Below, in pieces: positions 9,997-20,900 of a stretch of DNA of 64,000 bases. The position numbers and the translations under genes were made by a program. Positions within the stretch are counted from its first letter, which is position 1; each line of letters begins with the position of its first letter. The notes under the pieces are model-generated. The model saw nothing but the letters and a program-made list of their open reading frames with translations, was not told the DNA's origin and did no database searches. Source of the stretch: Gammaproteobacteria bacterium 54_18_T64 (GTDB taxonomy: Bacteria; Pseudomonadota; Gammaproteobacteria; Pseudomonadales; Porticoccaceae); assembly GCA_002162825.1 (NCBI GenBank), contig MAAU01000011.1, forward strand, positions 27,573-91,572, in the 5' to 3' direction.

Positions 9997-11286
9997 TTAT
10001 GCTTCGTCGCTTGCAGTCTTCAACTGTTCGGGATTGTCATATACCAGTAAGGGTTCCGAATCCCCACTGATAACGGAGGCATCGACAACGACTTTATGAA
10101 CATCCTTGCGCGAGGGGATGTCATACATACTCTCTAATAAGGTATTTTCTATTATAGAGCGTAAGCCACGAGCACCCGTTTTACGCGTCAATGCCTTTTC
10201 GGCAATCGCCTCAAGGGCATCCTGGCGGATATCAAGTTCGACATCCTCCATCTCAAAGAGTGCTGAGTACTGTTTAACCAAGGAGTTTTTAGGCTCGACC
10301 AATATATTGATCAAGGCATCTTTATCGAGCTCTTCAAGGGTTGCGACAACGGGAAGGCGTCCCACAAACTCAGGGATTAAACCAAAGCGAATCAGGTCTT
10401 CTGGCTCCAAATCCTTCAAGACATCGCCAATATTGCTCTTTTCATCTTTGCTGCTGACACTGGCAGAAAAGCCGATACCGCCCTTCTCCGATCGGTCTCG
10501 GATGATTTTCTCCAGGCCAGAGAAAGCACCGCCACAGATAAACAGAATATTCGAGGTATCAACTTGCAGAAATTCTTGCTGAGGATGCTTACGTCCACCT
10601 TGGGGTGGAACCGAAGCAACGGTACCTTCAATCAATTTCAGCAGCGCTTGCTGGACACCTTCGCCCGAAACGTCGCGAGTGATGGAGGGATTGTCAGATT
10701 TGCGTGACACCTTGTCAATTTCATCAATATAAACAATGCCCTGTTGTGCTTTCTCGACATCGTAATCGCACTTCTGCAATAGTTTTTGAATAATATTTTC
10801 AACGTCCTCACCGACATAACCGGCTTCGGTGAGTGTCGTTGCATCGGCAATGGTGAAGGGCACATTCAATAAACGAGCTAAGGTCTCAGCTAATAGTGTT
10901 TTGCCACTTCCTGTAGGGCCGACCAACAATATATTGCTTTTGCCGAGTTCAACACCGCCTTTTGCCACCTTTGCGCCTAACTGCAGACGTTTGTAGTGGT
11001 TGTAAACCGCCACCGAGAGCACTTTCTTAGCACGCAGTTGATCAATTACATATTCATTGAGGGTGCCACTAATCTCAACCGGCGTGGGCAGCTTTTCAAC
11101 TGTCTCGGCACTTTTGGCTTCCTGTAATTCTTCAGAAATAATATCGTTGCAAAGATCGACACATTCGTCACAGACAAAAACCGATGGCCCGGCAATGAGT
11201 TTGCGAACCTCATGCTGGCTTTTACCACAGAACGAGCAATACAGGAGTTTATCCCCGTCCTTATCTCCGCCGCTTTTATCGCTCAC
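9997..11286 (-). CDS. clpX: ATP-dependent Clp protease ATP-binding subunit ClpX
   Basis: 429 aa. Zinc ribbon [26 protein letters not shown] and Walker A GPTGSGKT. Confidence 0.97.
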   Translation of the reverse strand: MSDKSGGDKDGDKLLYCSFCGKSQHEVRKLIAGPSVFVCDECVDLCNDIISEELQEAKSAETVEKLPTPVEISGTLNEYVIDQLRAKKVLSVAVYNHYKRLQLGAKVAKGGVELGKSNILLVGPTGSGKTLLAETLARLLNVPFTIADATTLTEAGYVGEDVENIIQKLLQKCDYDVEKAQQGIVYIDEIDKVSRKSDNPSITRDVSGEGVQQALLKLIEGTVASVPPQGGRKHPQQEFLQVDTSNILFICGGAFSGLEKIIRDRSEKGGIGFSASVSSKDEKSNIGDVLKDLEPEDLIRFGLIPEFVGRLPVVATLEELDKDALINILVEPKNSLVKQYSALFEMEDVELDIRQDALEAIAEKALTRKTGARGLRSIIENTLLESMYDIPSRKDVHKVVVDASVISGDSEPLLVYDNPEQLKTASDEA

Positions 11287-11371
11287 TACCTTGCCCTCGC
11301 TTCAAATAAACACCTAAAATACAAGCACTTACCTATAAAAATTACCAAAATCAAATATCAGGCTACAACGA

Positions 11372-12001
11372 CTATGCGCGTTTGTCCAATACTTCGTCAA
11401 CCAAACCGTACTCTTTCGACTCTACAGCGCTCATAAAATTATCACGCTCCGTATCGAGGCCGATCTGCTCCACCGTCTGCCCAGTGTGAAGGGCCATAGC
11501 TCTATTTAATTGCTCGCGAATTTTCAGTATTTCCTGAGCTTGAATATGGATATCAGAGGCTTGCCCCTGAGCGCCACCACTGGGCTGGTGAATCATGCAG
11601 CGCGAATTGGGCAATAAAAAGCGCTTACCCTTAGCCCCCGCTGCTAGTAAAAATGCTCCCATGCTCGCTGCCTGACCTATACACATGGTACTGACATCGG
11701 GTTTGATAAACTGCATGGTGTCATAAATCGCCATACCAGCCGTTACCGAACCACCGGGAGAATTAATATACAGATGGATGTCTTTATCAGGGTTTTCCGA
11801 TTCCAGGAATAAAAGCTGGGCAACAACCAGATTGGCCATGAAATCTTCTACCGGGCCAACCAAAAAAATTACGCGTTCCTTTAACAGGCGCGAATAAATA
11901 TCGAATGAACGCTCGCCGCGAGCAGTTTGCTCAACCACCATGGGCACCAGACCACCTGCCGCCCTCGTATCCTTATTATAATTCATCCCATCGTGGATCA
12001 T
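11372..12001 (-). CDS. clpP: ATP-dependent Clp protease proteolytic subunit
   Basis: 209 aa. Catalytic contexts [11 protein letters not shown] and MIHQPSGG. Confidence 0.97.
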   Translation of the reverse strand: MIHDGMNYNKDTRAAGGLVPMVVEQTARGERSFDIYSRLLKERVIFLVGPVEDFMANLVVAQLLFLESENPDKDIHLYINSPGGSVTAGMAIYDTMQFIKPDVSTMCIGQAASMGAFLLAAGAKGKRFLLPNSRCMIHQPSGGAQGQASDIHIQAQEILKIREQLNRAMALHTGQTVEQIGLDTERDNFMSAVESKEYGLVDEVLDKRA

Positions 12002-12113
12002 ATTTAGCTCTCGAGTTGTTCAGTAAGAGCTCGGCCCTTGTGTCCGCACTTCAACCACGGACATCAGACCAAGCTTTAGCATTGCAAACTTTACTCTACA
12101 CCAAGCGAGCAAA

Positions 12114-13451
12114 TCAGTCTTCGCTTTCGTCAGAGTCCTTTTCGACAACGGGATCGGGGGTCAGAGCACCCTTATAGTTGGTTGCCTCATCTGCTATTTT
12201 AGCCGAATTTAAAATATGCTCCACTACCTGTTCTTCCATAACCGCTGACTGCACACTATTGAGCAGCTCTTGATTGGAGTAGTGGTACTGGATGACCTGT
12301 TCGGGGTCGTCGTAACTGGCAGCTCTGTCTTCAATAAAGGCCTTAACCTTATCGTTATCGACGCTAATTTCGGCGACTTTAACAATTTCTGCCATCAACA
12401 GGCCCAGCGAAACGCGCTTACCGGCTTCGTCAGCGAACAGCTCGTCGGGGAAAATAGACATATCCATCTGCTGAGCACCCTCGCCAAACTGGCCGAGCAT
12501 TTGCTGGCGTAGAGCCTGAATTTCGTTGCTCAACAAGGCCTTGGGGATTTCAACCGTGTGTAGATCCTGCAGCTGGTTCATTAGGCGCGATTTCACCTTG
12601 TTCTTAACCGCAGTTTCCAGCTCTCGCTCCATGTTCGAGCGAATTTCCTCGAGGAATTTTTCGTTACCGCCCTCCTTGACACCAAACTGCTCGTAAAACT
12701 CATCATTCAGCTCGGCGAGAGTCTGTTCTTTCACCGCAGTCACTTTTACCGCAAATTCAACGGCAGCGCCTCGTAGGTCTTCGGCGTGGTAATCATCGGG
12801 AAAAGTTAGGCTGATGGTTTTTTCATCGTCCGCCGATAAACCGACAACGCCGTCTTCAAAACCGGGAATCATGCGACCGGAACCCAACACCAGGTCGGAA
12901 CCCTCTGCTGTGCCACCGGGGAATTCCTCACCGCTTTGCGTGCCTTTATAGTCAATGACGACCTGATCACCGTCAGCGGCAGCACGCTCAACAACATCCC
13001 AGCTCGAACGTTGCTTGCGTAAATTCTCAATCATGTCCGTTAAATCTTCGTCCGAGACCGTGGCCACGGGGCGAGACAGACTGATTTGAGTGAAATCCTG
13101 TAGGGAGATTTCCGGGTAAACTTCAAAGGTCGCGATGTATTCGAGGTCTGCACCCTCTTCATCTTTTACCGGTTCGATAGCGGGCTGACCTGCGGGGCGC
13201 AGCTCTTCTTTCGTCACCGCCTCATAGAAAGTTCGACTCAAGGCTTCACCAACCACTTCCTGGCGCACGCCAGCACCATAGCGTTGCTTGATGACCTTGG
13301 CCGGGATTTTGCCTTGGCGGAAACCGTCAATGCGCGCTGTCTGTGATGCTTTCTGCAGACGCTGAGCAACCTCACTATCAATTTCATTAGCGGGAACACC
13401 CACAGTCATACGTCTTTCGAGCCCGGAGGTTGTCTCTATGGAAACCTGCAT
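12114..13451 (-). CDS. tig: trigger factor
   Basis: 445 aa starting MQVSIETTSGLERRMTVGVP, with an FKBP-type middle domain. Conserved tig-clpP-clpX-lon order. Confidence 0.97.
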   Translation of the reverse strand: MQVSIETTSGLERRMTVGVPANEIDSEVAQRLQKASQTARIDGFRQGKIPAKVIKQRYGAGVRQEVVGEALSRTFYEAVTKEELRPAGQPAIEPVKDEEGADLEYIATFEVYPEISLQDFTQISLSRPVATVSDEDLTDMIENLRKQRSSWDVVERAAADGDQVVIDYKGTQSGEEFPGGTAEGSDLVLGSGRMIPGFEDGVVGLSADDEKTISLTFPDDYHAEDLRGAAVEFAVKVTAVKEQTLAELNDEFYEQFGVKEGGNEKFLEEIRSNMERELETAVKNKVKSRLMNQLQDLHTVEIPKALLSNEIQALRQQMLGQFGEGAQQMDMSIFPDELFADEAGKRVSLGLLMAEIVKVAEISVDNDKVKAFIEDRAASYDDPEQVIQYHYSNQELLNSVQSAVMEEQVVEHILNSAKIADEATNYKGALTPDPVVEKDSDESED

Positions 13452-13526
13452 GGATAGTCCTCACTACAGTAATTTAATTTATGATTTAGTCTGACGTGCC
13501 CGGCAATGCGAGCACTCAAAAAAAGT

Positions 13527-13611
13527 TGGTGCGGAAGGGGGGACTTGAACCCCCACGCCTTACGGCACTGGTACCTAAAACCAGCGTGTATACCAATTTC
13601 ACCACTTCCGC
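13527..13611 (-). tRNA. tRNA-Leu (anticodon TAG)
   Basis: 85 nt on the minus strand. Acceptor GCGGAAG/CTTCCGC. Anticodon arm CTGGT-TTTAGGT-ACCAG. Long variable arm. T arm GGGGG-TTCAAGT-CCCCC. Encoded ACCA end. Confidence 0.9.
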
Positions 13612-13859
13612 TAAAACTGCCCGCAGCATCTACTACTGCGGCTTGATCAACCTCTGCGCTATCACCCACTATCGGTGCGTTTGGCACTGGCTCATCCTCT
13701 TTTCCAAGGCAGGCTTTACCTTACCTCCCAAAAGGGGCGCAGATTTTGCCACAGCACTCCCCTCGGAGCAACTGGATAGCCGACATTCCTCAGACTCTTT
13801 ACTGAACGTGTCTAAAAAGCCCAGCACTATGCAAGGCCATCCCTCGCTAAGAGCTTAGT

Positions 13860-15242
13860 TCATGCCGGAGCGAGTGGCTCGGCCAACAATACTATGCAGT
13901 CTGTCAAGGCGCTATTACCAATGGAGGTGGCAGCACCCTCGGCCGGCAGTAATACCGCCTGTTCCAACTTCAATTCCATGCCAGCGCCTCCCGCCCCCAC
14001 AGTCAAGCTGCCTGACACCACCATCAGCAGCATATAGCGCGGACTGGCTGGTACTTGCCAGCTAGCGCCAGGCGCCAAGGTGACACGTTGTACCTGAAAA
14101 TCATCAAAGGCGACAACCTGCTCACGACAACAGCCCTCACTCTGCTCCAGCACCTGTAAGGGCATTTCAGGTTCAGCCTGCAGAGACATTAATGCCACAG
14201 CCTCCTCGGTGTCCCAGTGCTGCTGGGTTAAGACCTTTTGCCCAAAGGCGAGGATCTTGCGTTCATACACCGGAGTCTGAAATTCAACTGTGCGCACCCC
14301 GTGCTGCAAAGCGTGGGGGGTCAGGCAAGGCACCTTAACCACATCGCCCTCGCGCAAAGCCTGCATATGCGTGAAGCGATTCATGGCCTGGCGCAGACTC
14401 GCCTCTTCCTCACAAAGCTCGACGGACAAGTCTCCATGCCAGGCTTTTAATTGGCTGGCGGCAACAGGTTGAGACAGCCCTATGTTCTGCTCAAGGCGAT
14501 GCTGATCAAAGATTTCATCAATTTTACGCCTCACCTTTTCATAGGCTTGAACCGCTTTCAAATAGGCCTGGCGAAACTCTCCGGGGCTAGAAAACTCCTG
14601 CCGTACGCCGGTATCGAAGCCAAAGCGAATGCCGCCCTCACCGTCGGGCCAGCTCTGCCGATCGACATGGGTTACTACATATACTTCGCGCTTTTTTTCG
14701 TGAAGTTCAAAATACAAATCACCGTAAACCGGTTCTGGCAGTGGGGCGAGAATTTTTAGCAAATTTAAGCCAGGCTGCCCTGCACCGAGGAGGCGTGTCG
14801 GCAGTAGAGATAGCAACCAGGGGATGGGTACGTTATTAGTGTCATCACTAAAACCGGACTGCCCCCGCGCCTCAATCCCGGTATACCAAATCTCCTGTCC
14901 CCAGGGTTTACTAATAGCAATTGGTGCCAAGAGCAGAGGTCGCCCCAAATTAAACAGTGGCGCAGTCAGATGAGAGGACAATTGCTTTAAGGACTCACAG
15001 GTCAAGGGCTTTGCCATCGCATTGAGAGCCTGCTGGGCCAGCGACAACTTATCGCTCATTAAAAAATAACAGCCCTTTGTATCTTTCAGAAAAATAGCCA
15101 GCAACTCGACAAGAGGCTTACCCGGCAAATAATATTGTGCGAACTCATAACGCAGCAGCAGGGAACTATCGGTAGACAGCAAAAACTGCTCAACGCTCTC
15201 TTCCGGATCAAGTCCTTTGCCCACCTGCTTTATCACCGCCAC
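13860..15242 (-). CDS. hypothetical protein with a type I phosphomannose-isomerase-like cupin core and an N-terminal extension of about 110 aa
   Basis: 460 aa. PMI-like motifs KPWGQEIWYTGIEARG and VPCLTPHALQHG, and a C-terminal beta-rich cupin-like segment. The call rests on motif resemblance only. Confidence 0.4.
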   Translation of the reverse strand: MAVIKQVGKGLDPEESVEQFLLSTDSSLLLRYEFAQYYLPGKPLVELLAIFLKDTKGCYFLMSDKLSLAQQALNAMAKPLTCESLKQLSSHLTAPLFNLGRPLLLAPIAISKPWGQEIWYTGIEARGQSGFSDDTNNVPIPWLLSLLPTRLLGAGQPGLNLLKILAPLPEPVYGDLYFELHEKKREVYVVTHVDRQSWPDGEGGIRFGFDTGVRQEFSSPGEFRQAYLKAVQAYEKVRRKIDEIFDQHRLEQNIGLSQPVAASQLKAWHGDLSVELCEEEASLRQAMNRFTHMQALREGDVVKVPCLTPHALQHGVRTVEFQTPVYERKILAFGQKVLTQQHWDTEEAVALMSLQAEPEMPLQVLEQSEGCCREQVVAFDDFQVQRVTLAPGASWQVPASPRYMLLMVVSGSLTVGAGGAGMELKLEQAVLLPAEGAATSIGNSALTDCIVLLAEPLAPA

Positions 15243-15360
15243 CCTCTACATCAATAAATTCGCGCACAGTTTAACAAACTTATTAGCGACCCGAAGCGAT
15301 GCCTATCGACACCGTGGCTATCATAAAAATGCTGTAAGGCATGAAAACCCCGATTATCGG

Positions 15361-15389
15361 TTGACGTCTCGCGCCACAAACCCTATTAA
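15361..15389 (+). promoter_or_regulatory. sigma70-like promoter (TTGACG-17 nt-TATTAA) for the small lipoprotein gene
   Basis: Hexamers at 15361-15366 and 15384-15389 with an exact 17-nt spacer, about 55 nt upstream of the ATG at 15443. Confidence 0.35.
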
Positions 15390-15442
15390 TGCACTTCGTT
15401 TAATGCACACCGCATTGAGCATGTAACCTAGGAGCCACCCCT

Positions 15443-15661
15443 ATGTCCGTATTTAAAAAGCCCACTGTTTTAGCAGCCGTATTTAGTCTTGTTATTTTTG
15501 GTTTGTCAGCCTGTGGTGGCGATGATTCAACCGGCAATGCTGAAGAGATCAGAGGCGTGGTGAAAGACGTAGCATCCAAGGCCAAAGCGACTGCAGAGAC
15601 GGCTGTTGAGCATGTAGAAGATAAAATCAAAGCTCCCGAGTCTGGCACCGACGAAGAGTAA
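15443..15661 (+). CDS. small lipoprotein, unknown function
   Basis: 72 aa. AGGAG SD 8 nt upstream. Signal peptide plus lipobox (VIFGLSAC). Acidic, Lys/Ala-rich mature part. Confidence 0.65.
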   Translation: MSVFKKPTVLAAVFSLVIFGLSACGGDDSTGNAEEIRGVVKDVASKAKATAETAVEHVEDKIKAPESGTDEE

Positions 15662-15677
15662 AGCGTAGCGTTAAAGC

Positions 15678-15707
15678 TTGCCTCCGCCCTTCAGTGGGCC
15701 GAGGCAA
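15678..15707. terminator. hairpin between convergent genes (possible bidirectional terminator)
   Basis: TTGCCTCCGCCC-TTCAGT-GGGCCGAGGCAA, a 12-bp stem with one mismatch. It lies between the lipoprotein gene (+) and the methyltransferase gene (-). No strong U-tract. Confidence 0.4.
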
Positions 15708-15754
15708 TATTACCTACGCCAAGCCCTCCTCGCTCACCCCTCAATACAAGCCTC

Positions 15755-16441
15755 TCAGCCATCCGAGCTGCGATAAAAACGAATCAACTTGACGCTTTCT
15801 AACTCACCAAGATCCGGCTCCGTCACGGCCCGCACCTCACCACATAGGCTAAAACCCTGCTCGCTAAAATTCTTGACCCGTGAATCGGCCACCACAACCT
15901 CCCCTGCCAGCTCTCGAAATCGCTGCACCAACGGCCTGTTATCCGGGTCGTAGAGGACATCGGATGCGAATAGCATGTCGACCTTGCCCTCGAATTGAAA
16001 AAAATCGTCGAGGTACTCGAGTTCGACACCATTGTCATGGGCATTCAATGCGCTCGCCTTCAGTGCCAGAGGATCGAGGTCACAGGCAATGACCCTCGCC
16101 GCCCCGGCCAGAGCCGCAGCGATACCAACCACTGCGGAACCACAACCAAAATCCAGCACGGTTTTACCCTGCACCTCATGGGCACCACTGAGTAAACGCT
16201 CGGCCAGGGCTAATCCACTGCCCCAGCAAAAGCTCCAGTAGGGTGGGTTAGCAAAAATGGCACTGGTTTCCCCTTCGCTTAAAGGAGCATCCATGCCCTG
16301 CGGATCAATCAACCAAAGCCGGAGTGAATGAGCAATAGTCTTTTCAAAATGCAGCTCAGAAAGTTTTAAGTGGGCAGCAGGCAATAAGCGCTGAATATGA
16401 GTCTCTAACTGGTGGCGATGGACGTCGAGCCCAGTAGTCAA
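15755..16441 (-). CDS. class I SAM-dependent methyltransferase (PrmA/METTL20-like protein-lysine methyltransferase fold)
   Basis: 228 aa. PPYWSFCWGSGLALAERLL followed by the SAM motif VLDFGCGSAVVGIAAALAGA and DLDP. Its start overlaps the AI-2E gene stop by 4 nt. Confidence 0.75.
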   Translation of the reverse strand: MTTGLDVHRHQLETHIQRLLPAAHLKLSELHFEKTIAHSLRLWLIDPQGMDAPLSEGETSAIFANPPYWSFCWGSGLALAERLLSGAHEVQGKTVLDFGCGSAVVGIAAALAGAARVIACDLDPLALKASALNAHDNGVELEYLDDFFQFEGKVDMLFASDVLYDPDNRPLVQRFRELAGEVVVADSRVKNFSEQGFSLCGEVRAVTEPDLGELESVKLIRFYRSSDG

Positions 16442-17496
16442 AGCCCGTCCCCCGGATTTTTCGCGGCCCGTAACTGTGCCGTACCAGAGCCAAGCATAAT
16501 GCCCACCCAGGCAGTTTTTGGATCACTCTCCAGAGCGATTTTGACCAGGATCGTCAAGGGGATCGACAGCAGCATGCCAACGGGGCCGAGTATCCACCCC
16601 CAAAAAACCAAGGACAAAAAAACCACCAGGGGTGACAAATTTAAACCCTTGCCCATCCAGCGCGGCTCGATCACATTGCCAATCAGCAAATTAATCACCA
16701 CATAGGCAAGTGCCAAAAAGCCCGCCTCAGTGGGGCCCAATTGAATCAATGCCAATAATACCGCCGGTATGGCCGCTAAAAATGAACCCACTGTGGGCAC
16801 AAAATTCAGCAGGAAGGCCAGCAGGGCCCACATCACCGGATAGTCGACCCCCTGCACCCACAACGCCAGTAGAACCAATAAACCCGTCGCCAGACTAAGT
16901 AGAGTTTTAATCACCAGGTAGCGATTAACACTGCCGGTAAAGCTCTCCAGGGCCTCCAGAGAGTTGACGCCACCCCCCCGAGCATTAAGTAATTTTTCAC
17001 GAAAACCCACCTCTTCGGCAAAAATAAAGATCACCGTGAGCAAAATCAAAAAAGCGTTGGTCATCACATTGCCGAAGGAGGCCAGTATATTGCCCACCAA
17101 CTGCATGGCCACACCGGGGTTAAAGTTTTCTTGCCAAAATTCCGCGGGAAAGTGAACACCACGACCGGCCAGCCACTGCTGCACACCAGCGCTCATAAGC
17201 TGCAGGCGCGCCTGGTATTCGGGCAAGTCGGCGCGAAAATCCCGTATCGAGGTGCCGACCACCGCCCCTACTATTGCCCCCAGGCAAACAACGCCGAGCA
17301 CGATGAGAAGAATCGCCAGACCACTGGGTACACGGCGAGATTTAAGCCACACTAAAAGGGGCGAGCAAATCAAGGCGATAAACACCGACAATAAAAAGGG
17401 TACCAGCAGGGGCTCCGCCGCTTTAAGTCCCGCAACCACAATGACAAAGGCGGCCGAAAAGAAAATAAAGCGAGTGGCTGTGGAAATGTTATTCAT
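16438..17496 (-). CDS. AI-2E family transporter (PerM/YhhT-like permease)
   Basis: 352 aa, polytopic. C-terminal conserved segment NFVPTVGSFLAAIPAVLLAL...IEPRWMGKGLNLSPLVVFLSLVFWGWILGPVGMLLSIPLT. Confidence 0.88.
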   Translation of the reverse strand: MNNISTATRFIFFSAAFVIVVAGLKAAEPLLVPFLLSVFIALICSPLLVWLKSRRVPSGLAILLIVLGVVCLGAIVGAVVGTSIRDFRADLPEYQARLQLMSAGVQQWLAGRGVHFPAEFWQENFNPGVAMQLVGNILASFGNVMTNAFLILLTVIFIFAEEVGFREKLLNARGGGVNSLEALESFTGSVNRYLVIKTLLSLATGLLVLLALWVQGVDYPVMWALLAFLLNFVPTVGSFLAAIPAVLLALIQLGPTEAGFLALAYVVINLLIGNVIEPRWMGKGLNLSPLVVFLSLVFWGWILGPVGMLLSIPLTILVKIALESDPKTAWVGIMLGSGTAQLRAAKNPGDGL

Positions 17497-17834
17497 TTAT
17501 CAACTTCCTGATGCTTGAGCTCTTCAAGTATTAATAAAAGGGCCTGCATGCCCCTTTCGGTAAACAGGGTGGCACCAGAGCCACCAATATATTCCGTCTC
17601 ACTGAGCTCGGAACAACGCAATTGGACAGCCTGCAAGGCATCATTGTGACGCAATGGTATAGCAATAAAAACCTGCCAGTCATTTTCGGTGGCGTCGCCG
17701 GCGAGTACAAGCTCTAAAAGAGCAATAATATTGTCTTTGTCGGGACGATAAACCGGGGCGCCGATACGCAGAAAGATCCACATCGCCAGGGACACGACGA
17801 TAAAGGTTAAAAATAGAGTCAATACAAAGTGCAT
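17493..17834 (-). CDS. hypothetical single-pass membrane protein
   Basis: 113 aa with an N-terminal TM segment (FVLTLFLTFIVVSLAMWIFL). Its stop overlaps the AI-2E start by 4 nt. No family recognised. Confidence 0.55.
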   Translation of the reverse strand: MHFVLTLFLTFIVVSLAMWIFLRIGAPVYRPDKDNIIALLELVLAGDATENDWQVFIAIPLRHNDALQAVQLRCSELSETEYIGGSGATLFTERGMQALLLILEELKHQEVDK

Positions 17835-17917
17835 ACAACAATCGCCCTTGTTACGTCATAGAAAAGTGAAGGGTCGGCGCCGGTTAGGACAGGGCTTGTC
17901 CTGCCATTTCGGCAAAA

Positions 17918-20900
17918 TCATTCAAGCCCCTGAGCCAGCTGCATTCTGCGCCACAGGTAATACACCGCCGGTAAAACCAACAAGACCAATAACAGCGCAC
18001 TGACCATGCCACCCACCATGGGAGCGGCAATACGGCTCATCACCTCTGAGCCGGTGCCAGAACCCAGTAAAATGGGCAATAAGCCACCAATGATGGCCGC
18101 GACCGTCATCATCACCGGTCGCACCCGCAGGCCAGCACCGCGCATCACCGCCTGCCTGAGCTTAGCATCGTCAACACAGCTGCCTTGCCGCTCACAGTCG
18201 GCCAGCGTTTGCTGCCAGGCCTGATTGAGATAGACCAGCATAATCACACCAATCTCCACCGCCACACCGGCCAGGGCAATAAAGCCGACACCGACAGCGA
18301 CGGAAAAATTGAAGCCCGCCAGATACATCAGCCACAGTCCGCCGGCCACGGCCATCGGTAGGGTCGCCATAATAATGACCACCTCCGCCACTCTACGGAA
18401 GTTTAAATACAGTAGTAAAACAATAATCATCAGGGTTAATGGCACCACGTAGGCCAGTTTTTCCTTGGCTCGCAGCATGTACTCATATTGACCGGACCAG
18501 CTCAACGAGTAACCTGGTGGCAGGTCTATTTGTGCATCCACGGCGCGCTGTGCCCGCTGTACGTAGGTGCCAATATCGACATCTTTAATATCGATAAAGG
18601 ACCAACCATTAACCCGGGCGTTTTCGCTTTTTATACCCGGCGGGCCATCCTCGATATAAACCCGCGCCACATCGGCCAGAGCGATGCGCTGGCCCTGATC
18701 CGTGACGATGGGCAGTAGCGCCAACTGCTCGACGGAATCACGATACGCCTGGGGGTAGCGAATGTTCACTGGGTAACGTTCCAAACCCTCGACGGTTTGG
18801 CTGACGTTGACGCCACCAACGGCCGTGGCGATCACCTGCTGTACATCGGCAATGGTCAGTCCATAGCGGGCCGCCCTCGTTCTATCGATATCTATTTTAA
18901 TGTAGCGCCCCCCTATCACACGCTCCGAATACACCGAGGCCGTACCCGGCAAATTTTCAAGAATCGCCTCCAACTGTAAGCCAATGGCTTGGATTTCCTG
19001 TAATTTCGGGCCGGCGATTTTAATGCCAACCGGGGTTTTAATCCCGGTGGCCAGCATATCGATGCGGGTTTTAATGGGCATCACCCAGGCATTGGTAACG
19101 CCGGGGAATTGCAGGCGAGCATCCAGCTCCTGGCGGATTTTTTCGGCTGTCATGCCCTCGCGCCACTGATCGCGATCTTTAAACTGAATAAAGGTTTCTA
19201 TCATGGTCAAGGGGGCGGGGTCGGTGGCGCTCTCTGCCCGCCCCATTTTACCAAACACCGTTTTCACTTCGGGCACTGTGCGAATTAATTTATCCGTTTG
19301 CTGTAAAAACTCCCTCGCCTTGCCGATGGAAATCCCCGGATAGGTGCTGGGCATATACATTAAATCGCCTTCATCGAGGGCAGGAATAAACTCACTGCCA
19401 ATTTGGCTGGCCGGCCACAAGCCCAAAAGAGTTAAGAAAAAGGCGGTGAGAACCGTGCTTTTTGGATGCCGCAAGACACTCTCCAGCGCCGGTATATAAA
19501 GTTTATTTAAAGCGCGACTGAGGGGGTTTTTATGTTCTGGCCTAACCTTGCCGCGCACAAAATAACCCATTAATACCGGTACCAGGGTGATCGCCAAAAT
19601 GGCCGATGCCGCCATGGCATAGGTTTTGGTGTAGGCCAACGGCGCAAACATTCGCCCCTCCTGAGCCTCGAGGGTAAACACCGGCAGAAAGCTAACGGTA
19701 ATAATCAACAAGCTAAAAAATAGTGCTGGGCCCACTTCGCTGGCCGCTTTAGTGACGATTGTCCAACGATTTTTATCGCAAAGTTCTTTGCCCTCCATGT
19801 GCTTGTGCATATTTTCTATCATCACGATGGCGCCATCGATCATCGCGCCAATGGCGATGGCGATGCCCCCCAGAGACATAATATTGGCATTGAGACCTTG
19901 AAAGTGCATGATGATGAACGCACTGAGTATGCCCACCGGCAAGCTGACGATGGCCACCAGTGACGAGCGGATGTGGAATAAAAACACCATGCACACCAGG
20001 GCGACGACGGCAAATTCCTCCAATAATTTTCCCCAGAGGTTGTCCACCGCCCGCTCAATTAGGCCGGAGCGATCATAGACGGTGATAATTTCGACGCCCT
20101 CGGGTAGGCCCTGCTTTAACATTTCGAGTTTGTTTTTAACGCCAATAATTGTCTGTTGGGCGTTATCGCCATAGCGCATCACCACAATGCCACCGACGGT
20201 TTCACCCTCGCCATTGAGCTCGGCGATGCCGCGCCGCATCTGTGGCCCAATATTAATATCGGCAATATCGCGCAATAACAAGGGCGTGCCCTTAACATTC
20301 ATACCCAGAGGGATGCTTTCGATGTCGGCCCTGTTCTGAAGATAACCACTGACGCTGACCATGTACTCGGCCTCGCCCATCTCTACCACCGAGGCACCAA
20401 TTTCCTGGTTGCTGCGCTGTACCGCCTCTTGAATATGGCTCAGAGGTATTCCAAAGGCACGAAGCTTTTCCGGGTCCACTTTAATCTGGTACTGCTTGAC
20501 CATGCCGCCCACCGCTGCCACTTCGGAGACACCGGGCACGGTCTGCAATTCATATTTCAAAAACCAGTCCTGCAAGCTACGCAGTTGGCTAATATCGTGT
20601 TTGCCCGTTTTATCAATCAGGGCGTAAATGTAAATCCAGCCCACACCCGTGGCATCGGGACCGAGCTGGGGCTTTGCCGATGGCGGCAGGGCCGGTGTCA
20701 CCTGACTCAGGTACTCGAGCACACGACTGCGCGCCCAATACACATCGGTAGCGTCATCAAAAATCACATAAATATAGGAATCGCCAAAAAAGGAATAACC
20801 GCGCACCGTTTTTGCACCGGGCACCGACAACATCGCCGTGCTCAAGGGATAGGTAATTTGATCCTCTACCACCTGGGGGGTCTGGCCCGGGTAGCTGGTT

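Noticed and set aside
13436-13858. Track ORFs 13496-13858 (+) and 13436-13687 (-)
   Set aside because: They overlap the tRNA-Leu gene and its flanks, and they have no coding features.
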